A stretch of DNA of 64,000 nt from an uncultured Actinomycetota bacterium (GCA_963785645.1 CAWAWG010000002.1:156839-220838), one strand, 5' to 3'; positions 9,900-21,304 are shown, counted from the first letter of the stretch. Numbers and translations: made by a program. The notes: generated by a model from the sequence alone, not told the origin.

Positions 9900-11105
9900 A
9901 TGCGGATCGCCTACACCGCCGAGCAGGAACGGCTGCGCCGGGAGCTGCGCGGCTACTTCGGCCAGCTGATGACGGACGAGGTGCGCGCCGCGATCGCCGA
10001 CTCGGCCGAGGGCGACCACGGGAACGGGGACGCCTACCGCGCCGTGGTGCGGCGGCTCGGCGCGGACGGCTGGCTGGCACTCGGCTGGCCGCAGGAGTAC
10101 GGCGGGCGCGGCGGGACCATGCTCGACCAGCTCATCTTCACCGACGAGGCCGCGATCGCCCAGGTGCCGGTCCCGTTCCTGACCATCAACACCGTCGGGC
10201 CGACGATCATGCGGTTCGGCACGCCGGCGCAGAAGTCGCTCTACCTGCCCAAGATCGCCGCTGGCGAGATCCACTTTTCCATCGGCTACTCCGAACCGGG
10301 GGCCGGCACCGATCTCGCCTCGCTGCGGACCACCGCCGCCCGAGACGGAGACGAATACGTCATCGACGGCCACAAGATGTGGACGAGCCTCATCCAGTAC
10401 GCCGACTACGTGTGGCTCGCCTGCCGCACCGACCCGGCCGCTCCCCGGCACAAGGGACTGTCGATCATCATCGTGCCCACCTCAGCCCCCGGCTTCTCCT
10501 GGACGCCGGTGCGGACGATGGCGGATGTCATGACCAGCGCCACTTACTACTCAGCGGTGCGGGTGCCGCTGTCCGCCCGCGTCGGCGCGGAGAATCAGGG
10601 CTGGTCGCTGATCACCAACCAGCTCAACCACGAGCGGGTGGCGCTCACCTCGGCCGCACCGGTGCTCTCCGCCCTGGCGTCGGTGCGGGAGTGGGCGCAG
10701 GAGGCGAAGCTGGCGGACGGGCGACGGGTGATCGACGCCGAATGGGTCCGGCTCAACCTGGCCCGGGTCCACGCCAAGGCGGAGTTCCTCAAGCTCATGA
10801 ACTGGCGTATTGCCTCGTCCCCGGCGCCGAGCGCCTCCCCCGGGCAACCGGCGATCGGTCCGGCCGCGGCGTCTGCCACGAAGGTGTACGGCACGGAGTT
10901 CGCCGTGGAGGCGTACCGGCTGCTGATGGAGGTGCTCGGCGCTCGCGCGCTGCTGCGTTCCGGTTCCCCGGGTGCGGCGCTGGCCGGGCGGATCGAGCGC
11001 CTGCACCGCGCCGCGCTCATCCTGACCTTCGGCGGCGGGACGAACGAGGTGCAGCGCGACATCATCGCGGCGGCGGGACTCGGGCTGCCCGCCGCCCGCC
11101 GTTGA
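9900..11105 (+). CDS. fadE26: Steroid acyl-CoA dehydrogenase subunit (ChsE4-like)
   Basis: MRIAYTAEQERLRRELRGYF start, FSIGYSEPGAGTDLASL, TFGGGTNEVQRDII. Confidence 0.85.
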   Translation: MRIAYTAEQERLRRELRGYFGQLMTDEVRAAIADSAEGDHGNGDAYRAVVRRLGADGWLALGWPQEYGGRGGTMLDQLIFTDEAAIAQVPVPFLTINTVGPTIMRFGTPAQKSLYLPKIAAGEIHFSIGYSEPGAGTDLASLRTTAARDGDEYVIDGHKMWTSLIQYADYVWLACRTDPAAPRHKGLSIIIVPTSAPGFSWTPVRTMADVMTSATYYSAVRVPLSARVGAENQGWSLITNQLNHERVALTSAAPVLSALASVREWAQEAKLADGRRVIDAEWVRLNLARVHAKAEFLKLMNWRIASSPAPSASPGQPAIGPAAASATKVYGTEFAVEAYRLLMEVLGARALLRSGSPGAALAGRIERLHRAALILTFGGGTNEVQRDIIAAAGLGLPAARR

Positions 11106-11144
11106 TCCGCCAGCTCCCTAAGGCCCAGTTCTAGGAGACCAGTC

Positions 11145-12248
11145 ATGGACTTCTCGCTCAGCGAGGCGCAAACCGAGATCGCGGGGCTCGCGAGGAAGAT
11201 CCTCGTCCAGCGGGACACCCCGCAGCGGCAGTGGGCCGACCTCGCCGCGGCCGGCGTGCTCGCGGCCGCGCTGCCCGAGTCGCTGGGCGGTGCGGGCCTC
11301 GGCTTCCTCGAGCAGTGCTCCGTGCTCACGGAAACCGGCCGGGTGGTGTCGCCGGTGCCCTACCTTTCGTCGATCGTGCTCGGCGCGGGCGCGATCGCCT
11401 CGTTCGGCACCGCGGATCAGCGGCGCCGCTGGGCCGCGCCCGCCGGGGACGGCTCCGTGCTGCTCACCGCCGCGCTGACGGAGGAGGACAGCGACGATCC
11501 GGCATCGCCGTCGGCACTCGCCGAGCGCACGGGCGGCGGATGGCGGCTGTCCGGCGTGAAGACGGCCGTGCCCGTCCTGCCGCGGGCCGACCTTGTCCTT
11601 GTCCCGGCCGCGACCGCGGACGCGACCGCCGATGAAGTGCTGGTGTTCCTCGTCCAGCCGTCGGACGACGGGGTCGCGGTGCAGCCGCAGCAGCTGACGG
11701 ACGGCGCCGAGGCCGGCCGCCTGGTACTCGCGGACGTCCTGCTGGACGACAGCCGGGTGCTCGGGCAGCCGGGACGCGACGGGGACCCGGCGGGCTGGCT
11801 GGTGGCGCGGGGCACCGTGGGACTGTGTGCGGCACAGGCCGGCCTGGTCGGGCGCGCGCTGGAACTGACGGCGGAGTACGCCCGCCGCCGCGAGCAGTTC
11901 GGGCGGCCGATCGGGTCGTTCCAGGCGGTGGCCCAGCGCCTCGCCGATGCCTACATCGACGTCGAGGCCGTCTGGCTCACGATGTGGCAGGCCGCCTGGC
12001 TGCTCGCCACCCGCCCGCACGACGACGCCGAAGCCGTCGCCGCGGTCGCCACCGCCAAGTTCTGGGCAGCGGACGCGGGCCACCGCGTCGCCCACACCGC
12101 CGTCCACGTCCACGGCGGGATGGGCATCGACACGTCGTACCCGGTGCACCGGTACTTCACCGCCGCCAAGCGGGCCGAGTTCACCCTCGGCGGCGCCACG
12201 GCCCAGCTGCGCCGCCTCGGGGATGTCCTCGCGGCCGAGGAGCTCTAG
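11145..12248 (+). CDS. fadE27: Acyl-CoA dehydrogenase partner subunit (ChsE5-like)
   Basis: REQFGRPIGSFQAV, HVHGGMGID; directly follows fadE26. Confidence 0.8.
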   Translation: MDFSLSEAQTEIAGLARKILVQRDTPQRQWADLAAAGVLAAALPESLGGAGLGFLEQCSVLTETGRVVSPVPYLSSIVLGAGAIASFGTADQRRRWAAPAGDGSVLLTAALTEEDSDDPASPSALAERTGGGWRLSGVKTAVPVLPRADLVLVPAATADATADEVLVFLVQPSDDGVAVQPQQLTDGAEAGRLVLADVLLDDSRVLGQPGRDGDPAGWLVARGTVGLCAAQAGLVGRALELTAEYARRREQFGRPIGSFQAVAQRLADAYIDVEAVWLTMWQAAWLLATRPHDDAEAVAAVATAKFWAADAGHRVAHTAVHVHGGMGIDTSYPVHRYFTAAKRAEFTLGGATAQLRRLGDVLAAEEL

Positions 12249-13291
12249 CGGATCAGGTCCGTCACCCGCTCAAGCAGGCGCGGGTCGCAGCTGACCAGCA
12301 GCGTCGTCAGGACGGTTTCCTTCCAGCGCCCGATGTCCTCGGCGATCTTGGACCAGGAACCGATCAGGGCGACGTCCTCCACCATGCGCATCGGGACCGC
12401 GGCGACGGCACTTCGGCTGTCCCCGGCTAGGTAGAGGTCCTGGATCTTGGCCGCCTCCGCCTCGTAGCCCATGCGGGCGAAGACCTCGTAGTGGAAGTTG
12501 AGACCGCGGGCGCCCATGCCGCCGATGTAAAGGGCGAGGGCGGGCCGCAGCCGGTCGGCGGCGCGTTCGAGGTCGTCATCGACAACGATGCCGAGCGGGC
12601 CGCCGACGACATCGAAGGTCTCGCCGGAGCGGCGGGCGCCGGGACGGGCGAAGCCCTCGGCGAGCGCCGCGGCGTAGAAGTCGTTCATCTTGGGTGAGAA
12701 GAACATGGGCAGCCAGCCGTCGGCGATCTCGGCGGCCAGGGCCACGTTCTTCGGTCCCTCGGCGCCGAGGTAGATGGGGATTTCGGTGCGGTACGGGTGC
12801 AGGATCGAGCGCAGCGGCTTGCCGAGCCCGGTCACCGGGCCCTCGCCGGCCGGCGCCCGCAGCGGTAGCTGGTACTGCCTGCCGTCGTAGCGGACCGGCT
12901 CCGCGCGGGCGATGACCTTACGCAGGATGTCCACGTACTCCCTGGTGCGTTCCAGCGGGCGCCGGTAGGGCTGCCCGTACCACCCCTCCGTCACCTGCGG
13001 GTTGCTCGTGCCGATGCCGAGCAGGACCCGGCCCTTGGTGAGGTGATCCATCGTCATCGCGGTCATCGCCAGGGTCGCCGGGGGCCGCGCCGACAGCTGC
13101 GAGATCGCCGTGCCCAGTTGGACGCGCAGCGTCCGCGATCCGAACCAGGCCAGCGGCGTCCACGCGTCGCTGCCGTAGGCTTCCGCCGTCCAGACCTGGT
13201 CGATGCCGAGACGGTCGGCCGCGGTGAACTGCTCCGCCGCTCCCGGCGGCCGTCCCGCGCCCCAGTAGCCGACGTTAACCGCGGTCTTCAT
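12245..13291 (-). CDS. LLM-class F420-dependent oxidoreductase (Rv3520c-like)
   Basis: WTAEAYGSDA, GAEGPKNVALAAEIADGW. Confidence 0.85.
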   Translation of the reverse strand: MKTAVNVGYWGAGRPPGAAEQFTAADRLGIDQVWTAEAYGSDAWTPLAWFGSRTLRVQLGTAISQLSARPPATLAMTAMTMDHLTKGRVLLGIGTSNPQVTEGWYGQPYRRPLERTREYVDILRKVIARAEPVRYDGRQYQLPLRAPAGEGPVTGLGKPLRSILHPYRTEIPIYLGAEGPKNVALAAEIADGWLPMFFSPKMNDFYAAALAEGFARPGARRSGETFDVVGGPLGIVVDDDLERAADRLRPALALYIGGMGARGLNFHYEVFARMGYEAEAAKIQDLYLAGDSRSAVAAVPMRMVEDVALIGSWSKIAEDIGRWKETVLTTLLVSCDPRLLERVTDLIR

Positions 13292-14398
13292 CGCAGCTCG
13301 CTCAGCCGGCGCAGGGCCGCGTCAGTCTCGGCGACCAGCGTCTCGATCACGTCGGCGACCGGGCGGATCTCGCTGATCCGGCCCACGATCTGCCCGGCGG
13401 GCATGGGCACCAGGTCCGGCTGCCCCGAGTGCATCAGGCGCTGGTGCGCCCCGGCGACGAGCAGGTTCTGCAACGGCATCCGGAGCGGCTCGGGCGCGCC
13501 CGGCTGTTCCCAGGAGGCCGTCCAGCGGTTCTTCAGCAGCCGGGCGGGCTTGCCGCTGTAGATGCGCGAGCGGACGGTGTCGGAGGACGTGGCCGCCAGG
13601 AGTGCCTGCTGAACCGCGGTCGCGGTCGTTGTCAGCGCGTATTCGCTGGTGAGCAGCCAGGCCGAGCCCATCCAGACCCCGACGGCGCCGAGCGCGAGCG
13701 CGGCGGCGACCTGGCGGCCGCAGCCGATCCCGCCTGCGGCGAGCACCGGCACCCGGTCGCCGACCGCGTCGACGATCTCCGGGATGAGCACCATGCTCCC
13801 GATCTCGCCCGTATGCCCGCCGGCCTCGTAGCCCTGTGCGATCACGATGTCCACACCGCTCGCCACCTGCTCGCGCGCGTGCCCCGCCTTCCCCGCCAGC
13901 GCCGCCACCAGCGTGCCGCGCTGGTGAGCGGCGGCGATCAGGTCCGGTGGCGGCGGGCCGAGCGCGTTCGCGATCAGGCGCGCGGGATGGGCCAGCGCCA
14001 CCTCGGCCTGCTTGCGCGCGACCGAATGCAGCCAGCCGAGCACCCCGTCGCCCGACGGCGCGCCGTCGGGCAGCGGCGGTACGCCGAGAGCGCCCAGGGT
14101 CCGCTCGACGAACTCGCGGTGCGCCTGCGGGATCAGTTCTTCCAGGTCCCGCGCGGCTCCCTCGGCCGGGCCCCGGGCCGGCATGACCACGTCCACCCCG
14201 TAGGGCCGCCCTCCGGTGTTCGCGTCCATCCAGTCCAGGACCTCGTCCAGTTCGGCGGGGTCGTTGAACCGCACGCAGCCGAGCACACCCAGCCCGCCGG
14301 CCCGGCTGACCGCGGCGGCGACGTGCTCGGACGGAGTGAACCCGACGATCGGGCAGTTCGATGCCGAGCAGGTCGCAAACGGGTGTCCGCACGGTCAT
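13288..14398 (-). CDS. Nitronate monooxygenase family flavoprotein (frameshift near 14350)
   Basis: AQGYEAGGHTGEI, VLAAGGIG; the N-terminus MTVRTPVCDLLGIE lies in another frame. Confidence 0.8.
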
Positions 14399-14401
14399 GG
14401 G

Positions 14402-16010
14402 TCAGGCGTCCTCTCTGCCTGATGCGGCCGGGGCTTGAGCGGCGTCGCCTGGCTGCCGGGCCGGAGGATGTTCCGTGATGTACTGACGTGCCCAGCGGTA
14501 GTCGGCCTTGCCCGATACGGTGCGGCCGACCGATTCCACGAACCAGACGGTCCGCGGCACCTTGTAGCCGGCCAGCTGACCGTGCACATGAGCCTGGAGC
14601 GCGGCCGCGTCGGCGGCGGCGCCGGGACGGAGCTGGATCAGCGCGGCCACCCGCTGGCCGAGCCGGTCATCGGGCACGCCGATGACCAGCGAGTCGAATA
14701 CATCGGGATGGGACTTCAGCGCGCCCTCGACCTCTTCCGGGTAGACCTTCTCGCCGCCGGTGTTCACGCAGGTGTTGCCGCGGCCGAGCAGGGTTATCGT
14801 GCCGTCCGCCTCCACCCGGGCCAGGTCGCCGGGTACCGAGTAGCGTTTGCCGTTCACCTCGGCGAACATCTCGGCGGTCTTGGCCGGGTCCTTGTAGTAG
14901 CCGAGCGGGATGTGGCCGCCGCGGGCCAGCTTCCCGGTCTGCCCCGGGCCGCACGCACCGCCGGCCTCGTCGATCACGATGACGTCAGGTCCGGCCGTGA
15001 CCGTTGGACCGCCCCGGTGCTCGTCCTCCGCGCTGACGAACGCGATGCCCGCGAAGCCGGTCTCGGTCGAGCCGATCGCCTCGCTGATGAACACGTTGGG
15101 CAGCGCGGTGCGTGCACGCGTCCTTGACCGCGGGCGAGAACAGCGCGGCCGTGGAGTTGAACGAGACCAGCGAGGACGTGTCGTAGTCGCCGGCGGCCAG
15201 CGCCTCCATCATCGGCCTGGCCATCGCGTCGCCGATGACCGACAGCACGTTGACCCGGTGCCGCTGCACCGCGTCCCAGACCGCGTGCGGATCGAACTTC
15301 GGCAAGATCACCGCCGTGTCCCCGCCGAACAGGCAGCCGAGCGTGGCCACCATGGCGGCGCCGTGGATGAGCGGCGCGGGCGCCATGCGGACCATGCCGT
15401 CGTCCTCGGCGCCCGCGCGGGACTGCGCCCACTCGTCTTCCAGCCGCTCGCCGGTGATGAAGTCGATGCCGCCGCCGAGCGTGCGCCAGATGTCCTCGTG
15501 ACGCCACATGACGCCCTTCGGCTGCCCGGTGGTGCCTCCGGTGTAGATGATGTAGATGTCATCGGGGCTGCGCGGGCCGAAGTCACGCGCTCCCGACGCG
15601 GCCGCCACCGCCTCGTCGTAGTTCCCGCCGATCACCACGCGGGGCAGTCCCGCGGGCACCACGGCGCCACGATCGGCGACAGGTCCTGGTCGTGGACAAG
15701 GGCGGACAGGTCGGCGTCCCGCAGGTGGTAGGCCAGCTCGTTATGCAGGTAGCGGTAGTTGATGTTGATGGCGACGGCGCGCAGCTTGATGGTGGCGAGC
15801 AGCGTCGCCACGCTCTCCACGGAGTTGCGGGCGTAGAGGCCGACATGGTCGCCGGGACCGACCCCCTGGGCGGCCAGGTGGTGCGCCAGGCGGTTGGCCT
15901 CGTCTTCGAGCCCGGCAGTAGGTGACCTGGCGGTCGCCGCAGATCAGCGCGACCCGCTCGGGGAAGGTGTCGACGGCATGCTCGAACAGGTCGGCCATGT
16001 TCAGTGCCAT
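14402..16010 (-). CDS. fadD19: Steroid acyl-CoA synthetase (frameshifts near 15915, 15660, 15110)
   Basis: MALNMADLFEHAVD start, YTGGTTGQPKGVMWRHEDIW, GSTETG, GGEKVYPEEVE; divergent from echA19. Confidence 0.8.
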
Positions 16011-16020
16011 GGATAGAAAC

Positions 16021-16034
16021 TAGAACGTGTTACT
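16021..16034. promoter_or_regulatory. KstR operator (one mismatch) in the fadD19/echA19 spacer; a second near-match lies at 16152-16165 inside echA19
   Basis: TAGAACGTGTTACT and GCGAACACGTTCTA. Confidence 0.7.
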
Positions 16035-16117
16035 GTTTTCAGCAAGCCGGCGGAGCGCCGTACGAGGAGGACTGAGACGAGGCGGGTCGGAAGCCCGGGA
16101 GCGGAGAGCACACCTAG

Positions 16118-16903
16118 ATGAGCGAGCAGCCCCACGCGCTCATTGAGCAGCGCGAACACGTTCTAGTCGTCACGATGAACCGTCCCGAGGCGCGCAACGC
16201 GCTCAGCTCGTCGATGATGGCGCTGATGCACCAGGCCTGGGACCGGGTCGACACCGACCCCGGCATCCGGGCGTGCGTGCTTACCGGGGCGGGCGGCGCG
16301 TTCTGTGCGGGCGCCGACCTCAAGGCGATGACCAGCGACCATCCTGGTTCGCGGCTGGGAGACGTCGATCTGTCGGTGATAGAGCCGCTGCTCAAGGGAC
16401 GCCGCCTGACCAAGCCGCTCATCGCCGCGGTGGAGGGGCCCGCGATCGCCGGCGGCACCGAGATCCTGCAGGCGTGCGACATCCGGGTGGCCGGCGAGGG
16501 CGCGCGGTTCGGCGTCTCCGAGGCCCGCTGGGGGCTGTTCCCGCTTGGCGGCTCGGCGGTACGGCTGGCCCGGCAGATCCCGTACACGCTGGCCGCCGAC
16601 CTGCTGCTGACCGGGCGGCACATCACCGCCGCGGAGGCGCTGTCCATCGGGCTCATCGGCCATGTCGTGCCGGACGGGCAGGCGCTGGCCAGGGCGCTGG
16701 AGATCGCCGCCGTGATCGCCGCGAACGGCCCGGTAGCCGTGCGCGCCATCTTGGCCGCGATGCGGGAGACCGAGGGCATGGCCGAGAATGACGCGTTCGC
16801 GGTCGAGGCCAAGATCGGCGCGACGGTGTTCGCCAGCGACGACGCGCGGGAGGGCCCGCGTGCCTTTACCGAGAAGCGCCGCCCGGAATTCCGCGGCGCG
16901 TGA
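16118..16903 (+). CDS. echA19: Enoyl-CoA hydratase
   Basis: [35 protein letters not shown]. Confidence 0.85.
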   Translation: MSEQPHALIEQREHVLVVTMNRPEARNALSSSMMALMHQAWDRVDTDPGIRACVLTGAGGAFCAGADLKAMTSDHPGSRLGDVDLSVIEPLLKGRRLTKPLIAAVEGPAIAGGTEILQACDIRVAGEGARFGVSEARWGLFPLGGSAVRLARQIPYTLAADLLLTGRHITAAEALSIGLIGHVVPDGQALARALEIAAVIAANGPVAVRAILAAMRETEGMAENDAFAVEAKIGATVFASDDAREGPRAFTEKRRPEFRGA

Positions 16904-16949
16904 CCGGGCCTCTACCGCGGTAACCGGGTTCGCGCGTAGCGTAGGCGGC

Positions 16950-18389
16950 GTGGCCGAGACGACGTGGCTGGACGCCACCGCGCAAGCAGAACTCGTGCGC
17001 CGCGGTGAGGTGCGTCCCAAGGAGCTGGTAGAGGCGGCTATCGCCCGCATCGAGGCGGTCAACCCGCAGCTGAACGCGGTGATCAGGACCCGGTTCGACG
17101 CCGCCCGGCTTGAGGCCGCCCGGCTTGAGGCCGAGTCCGACCTGCCCGACGGGCCCTTCCGCGGCGTGCCGATCCTGTTCAAGGATATCGGCTGCACCGT
17201 GGCGGGAGAGCCCACGGCGTTCGGCATCGGGCCGATGCGCGAGCTGGCCTGGCCGATCACGTCCTACCTGGCGCAGCAGTTCCGGGCGGCCGGCTTCGTC
17301 CCGCTCGGCCGCACCAATGTGCCGGAGCTCGGCACCACGGTGACCACCGAGCCGCGAAGCTTCCCCCCGGCCCGGAACCCGTGGAATCCCGGCCATTCCA
17401 CCGGCGGTTCGTCGGGCGGGTCGGCCGCGGCGGTGGCCGCCGGCCTGACGGCGGTCGCGCATGCCAATGACGGCGGCGGTTCCATCAGGATCCCGGCCAG
17501 CGAGTGCGGCCTGGTCGGGCTCAAGCCGACCCGCGGCCGGGTGAGCCAGGGGCCGCTGGTCGGGGAGGCGTGGGCCGGCGGCACGATCGACGGAGCGGTC
17601 GCCCGGACGGTCCGGGACGCGGCCGGGGTGCTGGACGCGATCAGCAAGCGCATGCCGGGCGAGCCGTACTACCCGCCGCCGCTGCCGGGCCCGCTGGCAC
17701 GGGAGGTCGGCGCCGACCCGGGACCGCTGCGGATCGGGTTCGTCGACCGGCCCGGGGCGGAGGGTTTTCTCGATGACCCGCAGTGCCGCGCCGCGGTGGC
17801 CGGCGCCGCGCGGCTGCTTGAGTCGCTCGGTCACCACGTCGAGGAGTCCGCGCCCGCCGCCATGTCCGAGGTGGAGTTCCTCGGCCATTTCAACGCGATC
17901 ATCGCCGCCGACGTCGAAGCGACGCTCCGGGCCTTCGAGATGCTACTGCGCCGCCCGATCGGCGAGGACGAGATCGAACCGCGCAACGTCGCCTACCGGC
18001 GGGCCGGCCGGGAACTCGGCGCGGTAGCCTACCTGGAAAGCCGCCGGTGGTTCGGCATGTGGGCACGACGGATGGCGGACTGGTGGGAAGGCCACGACCT
18101 TCTCCTGACCCCCACCCTCGGCGCTCCCCCGCCCGAACTCGGCTGGTTCACCGCCGCCGGCCCGGAGGAAGAGGGGTCGCGGGTCGCCAGCTTCGTCCCC
18201 TACACCGCGCAGTTCAACATGACCGGTCAGCCGGCCATCACCCTCCCCCTGCACTGGACGCCCGACGGCCTCCCAGTCGGCATCCAGCTAGCCGCCCCCT
18301 ACGGCCGCGAAGACCTCCTCATCCGCATCGCCAGCCAACTAGAACAGGCCCAACCCTGGCACCACCGCCACCCCCCGCTGCACGGGTAA
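16950..18389 (+). CDS. Amidase (amidase-signature family)
   Basis: GGSSGGSAAAVAAG, DGGGSIRIPAS, GVPILFKD. Confidence 0.9.
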   Translation: MAETTWLDATAQAELVRRGEVRPKELVEAAIARIEAVNPQLNAVIRTRFDAARLEAARLEAESDLPDGPFRGVPILFKDIGCTVAGEPTAFGIGPMRELAWPITSYLAQQFRAAGFVPLGRTNVPELGTTVTTEPRSFPPARNPWNPGHSTGGSSGGSAAAVAAGLTAVAHANDGGGSIRIPASECGLVGLKPTRGRVSQGPLVGEAWAGGTIDGAVARTVRDAAGVLDAISKRMPGEPYYPPPLPGPLAREVGADPGPLRIGFVDRPGAEGFLDDPQCRAAVAGAARLLESLGHHVEESAPAAMSEVEFLGHFNAIIAADVEATLRAFEMLLRRPIGEDEIEPRNVAYRRAGRELGAVAYLESRRWFGMWARRMADWWEGHDLLLTPTLGAPPPELGWFTAAGPEEEGSRVASFVPYTAQFNMTGQPAITLPLHWTPDGLPVGIQLAAPYGREDLLIRIASQLEQAQPWHHRHPPLHG

Positions 18390-18979
18390 CCCGCTCCCGC
18401 TCCGGCCCGGGATCGTCCCGCTCAGGTCCCGGCGAGCACTGCCGACCTTGCAAGGGCGAGGTCCGGCCGACTCCTCCCGACTCCTCCCGACGCCTGCCCG
18501 ACAAAAGGGACATTCCTCCCGCTTGCCCGCTTTCACCGGACGCGGCCCCGCCTCGGGTGCTGGCCGCACGTTTGCCGCCCGCGGGCCACCCCGGCGGCGC
18601 AAACCCTGTAGCTCCTGCCGCTTGGAAGATCAACACCGGTTATTCCGAACGAGTCCGTGCTTCGCCTCCCCGCCCACATGACACGCCGGGGCAGGCAGAA
18701 CACCCCAAGATCGAGTTTTCCAAGCCGGGCGCTGTGAGCTGGACACCGTGCAGTAAAGCGCCGACCCCTCGCTGCCCGGCGCCACCTGTCCGGTTCGCCG
18801 GGGCACAGTATGTCCGCCGCCGCTACGTGGAACCTTTTCGTTAGATGGAGCTTTCGCACGTGTGGGACGTGTCTTGTTTCCACATAGAGAAAAATTTCCA
18901 AGATCTTTCGCTCGATCGCAACAGCTGCGGTGCGGAGGCCGAACTCGGCGCCGACGGAAACCGGGGCCGGGCCGGGATG

Positions 18980-21304
18980 CTAGTCCGCGAGGGTCCAGAC
19001 GTAGGTGGTGCCGTTCTTGTCCGCGACGGCGAGCTCGTCGTAGGTGTCGTCGAACGCCAGCGAGACCACCCCGGCGCCACCCGGGTCGGTGAGCGTGCCC
19101 ATTGACGCGCCGGTGGAGGCGTTCCACAGGTAGACCGCGTCGCCGCTGCCCGCGGTGGCCAGGGTGCTGCCGCCGAAGCTGATCGCCACGGTGTCCACGC
19201 TGCCGCCTGGGTCCTGCACCGACCTGATCAGCTTGCCGGTGGCCGTGTTCCACAGGTAGGCCCGGCCGTCGCGGTTGCCGGTGGCCAGCAGGCCGTTGCC
19301 GGCGTTGAGCACGCCGCTGCCGTAACTGAAGACCGAGCAGTTGACAACCGAACCGTCCGGCGGCTTGAGTACCGGTCCGAGCTTGCCGTTGTTCGCGTCC
19401 CACACGTCCGTCCGCCCGCTGTCGTCGCTGGTGGCCACCGTCGCCGCGTCCACGCTGAGCGCGACGGAGGTGAGGGCCGCCCCGCCGTCGGGATTTGTCA
19501 GGGTCACGGCCGGCGCGTTGGAAAAACCGACGTCCGTCCACACGTCCGCGCCCGTCCCCGCCGCGTCCCCGGTGGCGATGGTCAGGCCGGAGAGCGCGAT
19601 CGACCCCGGGTAGAGCCGTTCGCCGACCGGCAAGTTGCCTGAGTCCGAGTCCCCGTCGCTGAAGATGTAGGCCGCACCGCCGCTGGCCTGCACGGCCATG
19701 GTGTCTCCGCCGGCGCTGATCGCGGCCCGCTGGAAGTCGGGCCCGCGCTGCGCCCCCACCTGGCCAGTTACCTGGCGTGCGGTCATGTCCCAGGTGTACG
19801 CGGTGCCGTTCGTCCCGACGCTGATCAGGTTGTCGTCAGAATCGAACCCGGCGGCCACGTTCGGCACCGCGCCCGGGTTGGTGAACCGCACGGGCGGCCC
19901 GGTCACCGCCCCGCTGCCGCCCTGCTTCGCGCCGCCTCCTCCGGTGGCAGACGCGGAAGCCTTCGGCGCGCCCGCCTGGCGGGTGGTTCCCCCGCCCGTG
20001 CTGCCGCTTGAGACCTGCGGCGGCGTGCTTGTCCCGGGGTAGACCAGGACCGCCACGATGACCGCGGCGCCGGCCAGCACGACGGCAGAGGCGGCGGCCA
20101 GCACACCCCGCCGGCGCCCGGCCGGCGGGCGTGACCGATGCCCCGGGCTGGCCGGCGGCGCACCGCTGGCCAGTCCGCCGGTGACGGGCCCGCCGGTGAA
20201 CGGGGCGTCGGTGACCGGAGCGCGCTCGCCGGGTACGGTCACCCAGCCGGGCGATCCGTTCGCGAAGGGTGCCGCCGACGCGCCCGGTGCGGGCATCCCG
20301 CCCGGCCCGGACTGCCCCGCAGACCGCGGACCCGGGTACTGAGGACCAGAGTGCCGCTGTCCCGGGTACTGCTGCCCCGGATACTGGGGCGCGGGGACGG
20401 TGTAGGGGCCGACCCCGAGCGCCGCGCGCAGCGCGTCGGCGAAGGCGCCGCAGCTGGGGTACCTGGCGGCGGGATCCTTGGCCAGGGCCTGGCCGAGCAC
20501 CTGGTCCACGGCGCCGGGCAGATCCCGCCGGCGAGCGGCCACCGAAGGCGGCGAATCGTTCAGGTGCGCCCAGAGCACCGCCATCGGTGCCTCGCGGGCG
20601 AAGGGCAGCGCCCCGGTCAGCATCGCGAACGCCACGCAGGCCAGTGCATACTGGTCCGTCTGGAAGTGCGCCCGGCCGCCGGTGATCTGCTCGGGGGCGG
20701 CGTAGTCCACCGTGCCGATGAACTGCCCGGTCCCGGTCAGCCCGGCCCCGGACGCGGTCCCCTTAGCCAGCCCGAAGTCCGACAGGTACGGATGATCGGG
20801 GCGCCCCGGGCTCATGTCGACCAGGACGTTGGCCGGCTTCACGTCCCGGTGCACGAGTCCGGCCGCGTGCGCCGCGTCAAGCGCCGACGCGACCGGGGAC
20901 AACAGGAACGCGGCCCGCTCGGCCGGCAGCGGCCCCTCCCGGCGCATCACCGAATGGAGATCGCCACCGGAGACGTAGCGCATCGCGAGGAACAGTACCC
21001 CGCCGGCCTCGCCCGCCCCGTAGACCGGGATGATGTGCGGATGGTCGACCGCCGCCGCGGCCCGCGATTCCCTGATGAACCGCTCACGGAACCCGTCGTC
21101 TCCGGCCAGCGTCGGCGCGACGACCTTCAGCGCGACCGTCCGTCCCAGTCTCTCGTCCCTGGCGCGGAACACCACGGCCATCCCGCCGGCCCCGATCCGC
21201 TGCTCCAGCTGGTACCCGGCCAGCACCGCCCCCGGCGCCAGCACGGCCTGCGACCAGCCGACTCGCCCGGACGACGACAGGCCGGACGACGACTCGCCAA
21301 CCAC
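18980..21304 (-). CDS. Membrane Ser/Thr protein kinase with C-terminal WD40 beta-propeller
   Basis: IGAGGM, VALK, HRDVKPAN, SDFG, YAAPE; one TM; repeated LATG..VWD/LWN blades; GGGAGG RBS. Confidence 0.9.
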   Translation of the reverse strand: MVGESSSGLSSSGRVGWSQAVLAPGAVLAGYQLEQRIGAGGMAVVFRARDERLGRTVALKVVAPTLAGDDGFRERFIRESRAAAAVDHPHIIPVYGAGEAGGVLFLAMRYVSGGDLHSVMRREGPLPAERAAFLLSPVASALDAAHAAGLVHRDVKPANVLVDMSPGRPDHPYLSDFGLAKGTASGAGLTGTGQFIGTVDYAAPEQITGGRAHFQTDQYALACVAFAMLTGALPFAREAPMAVLWAHLNDSPPSVAARRRDLPGAVDQVLGQALAKDPAARYPSCGAFADALRAALGVGPYTVPAPQYPGQQYPGQRHSGPQYPGPRSAGQSGPGGMPAPGASAAPFANGSPGWVTVPGERAPVTDAPFTGGPVTGGLASGAPPASPGHRSRPPAGRRRGVLAAASAVVLAGAAVIVAVLVYPGTSTPPQVSSGSTGGGTTRQAGAPKASASATGGGGAKQGGSGAVTGPPVRFTNPGAVPNVAAGFDSDDNLISVGTNGTAYTWDMTARQVTGQVGAQRGPDFQRAAISAGGDTMAVQASGGAAYIFSDGDSDSGNLPVGERLYPGSIALSGLTIATGDAAGTGADVWTDVGFSNAPAVTLTNPDGGAALTSVALSVDAATVATSDDSGRTDVWDANNGKLGPVLKPPDGSVVNCSVFSYGSGVLNAGNGLLATGNRDGRAYLWNTATGKLIRSVQDPGGSVDTVAISFGGSTLATAGSGDAVYLWNASTGASMGTLTDPGGAGVVSLAFDDTYDELAVADKNGTTYVWTLAD

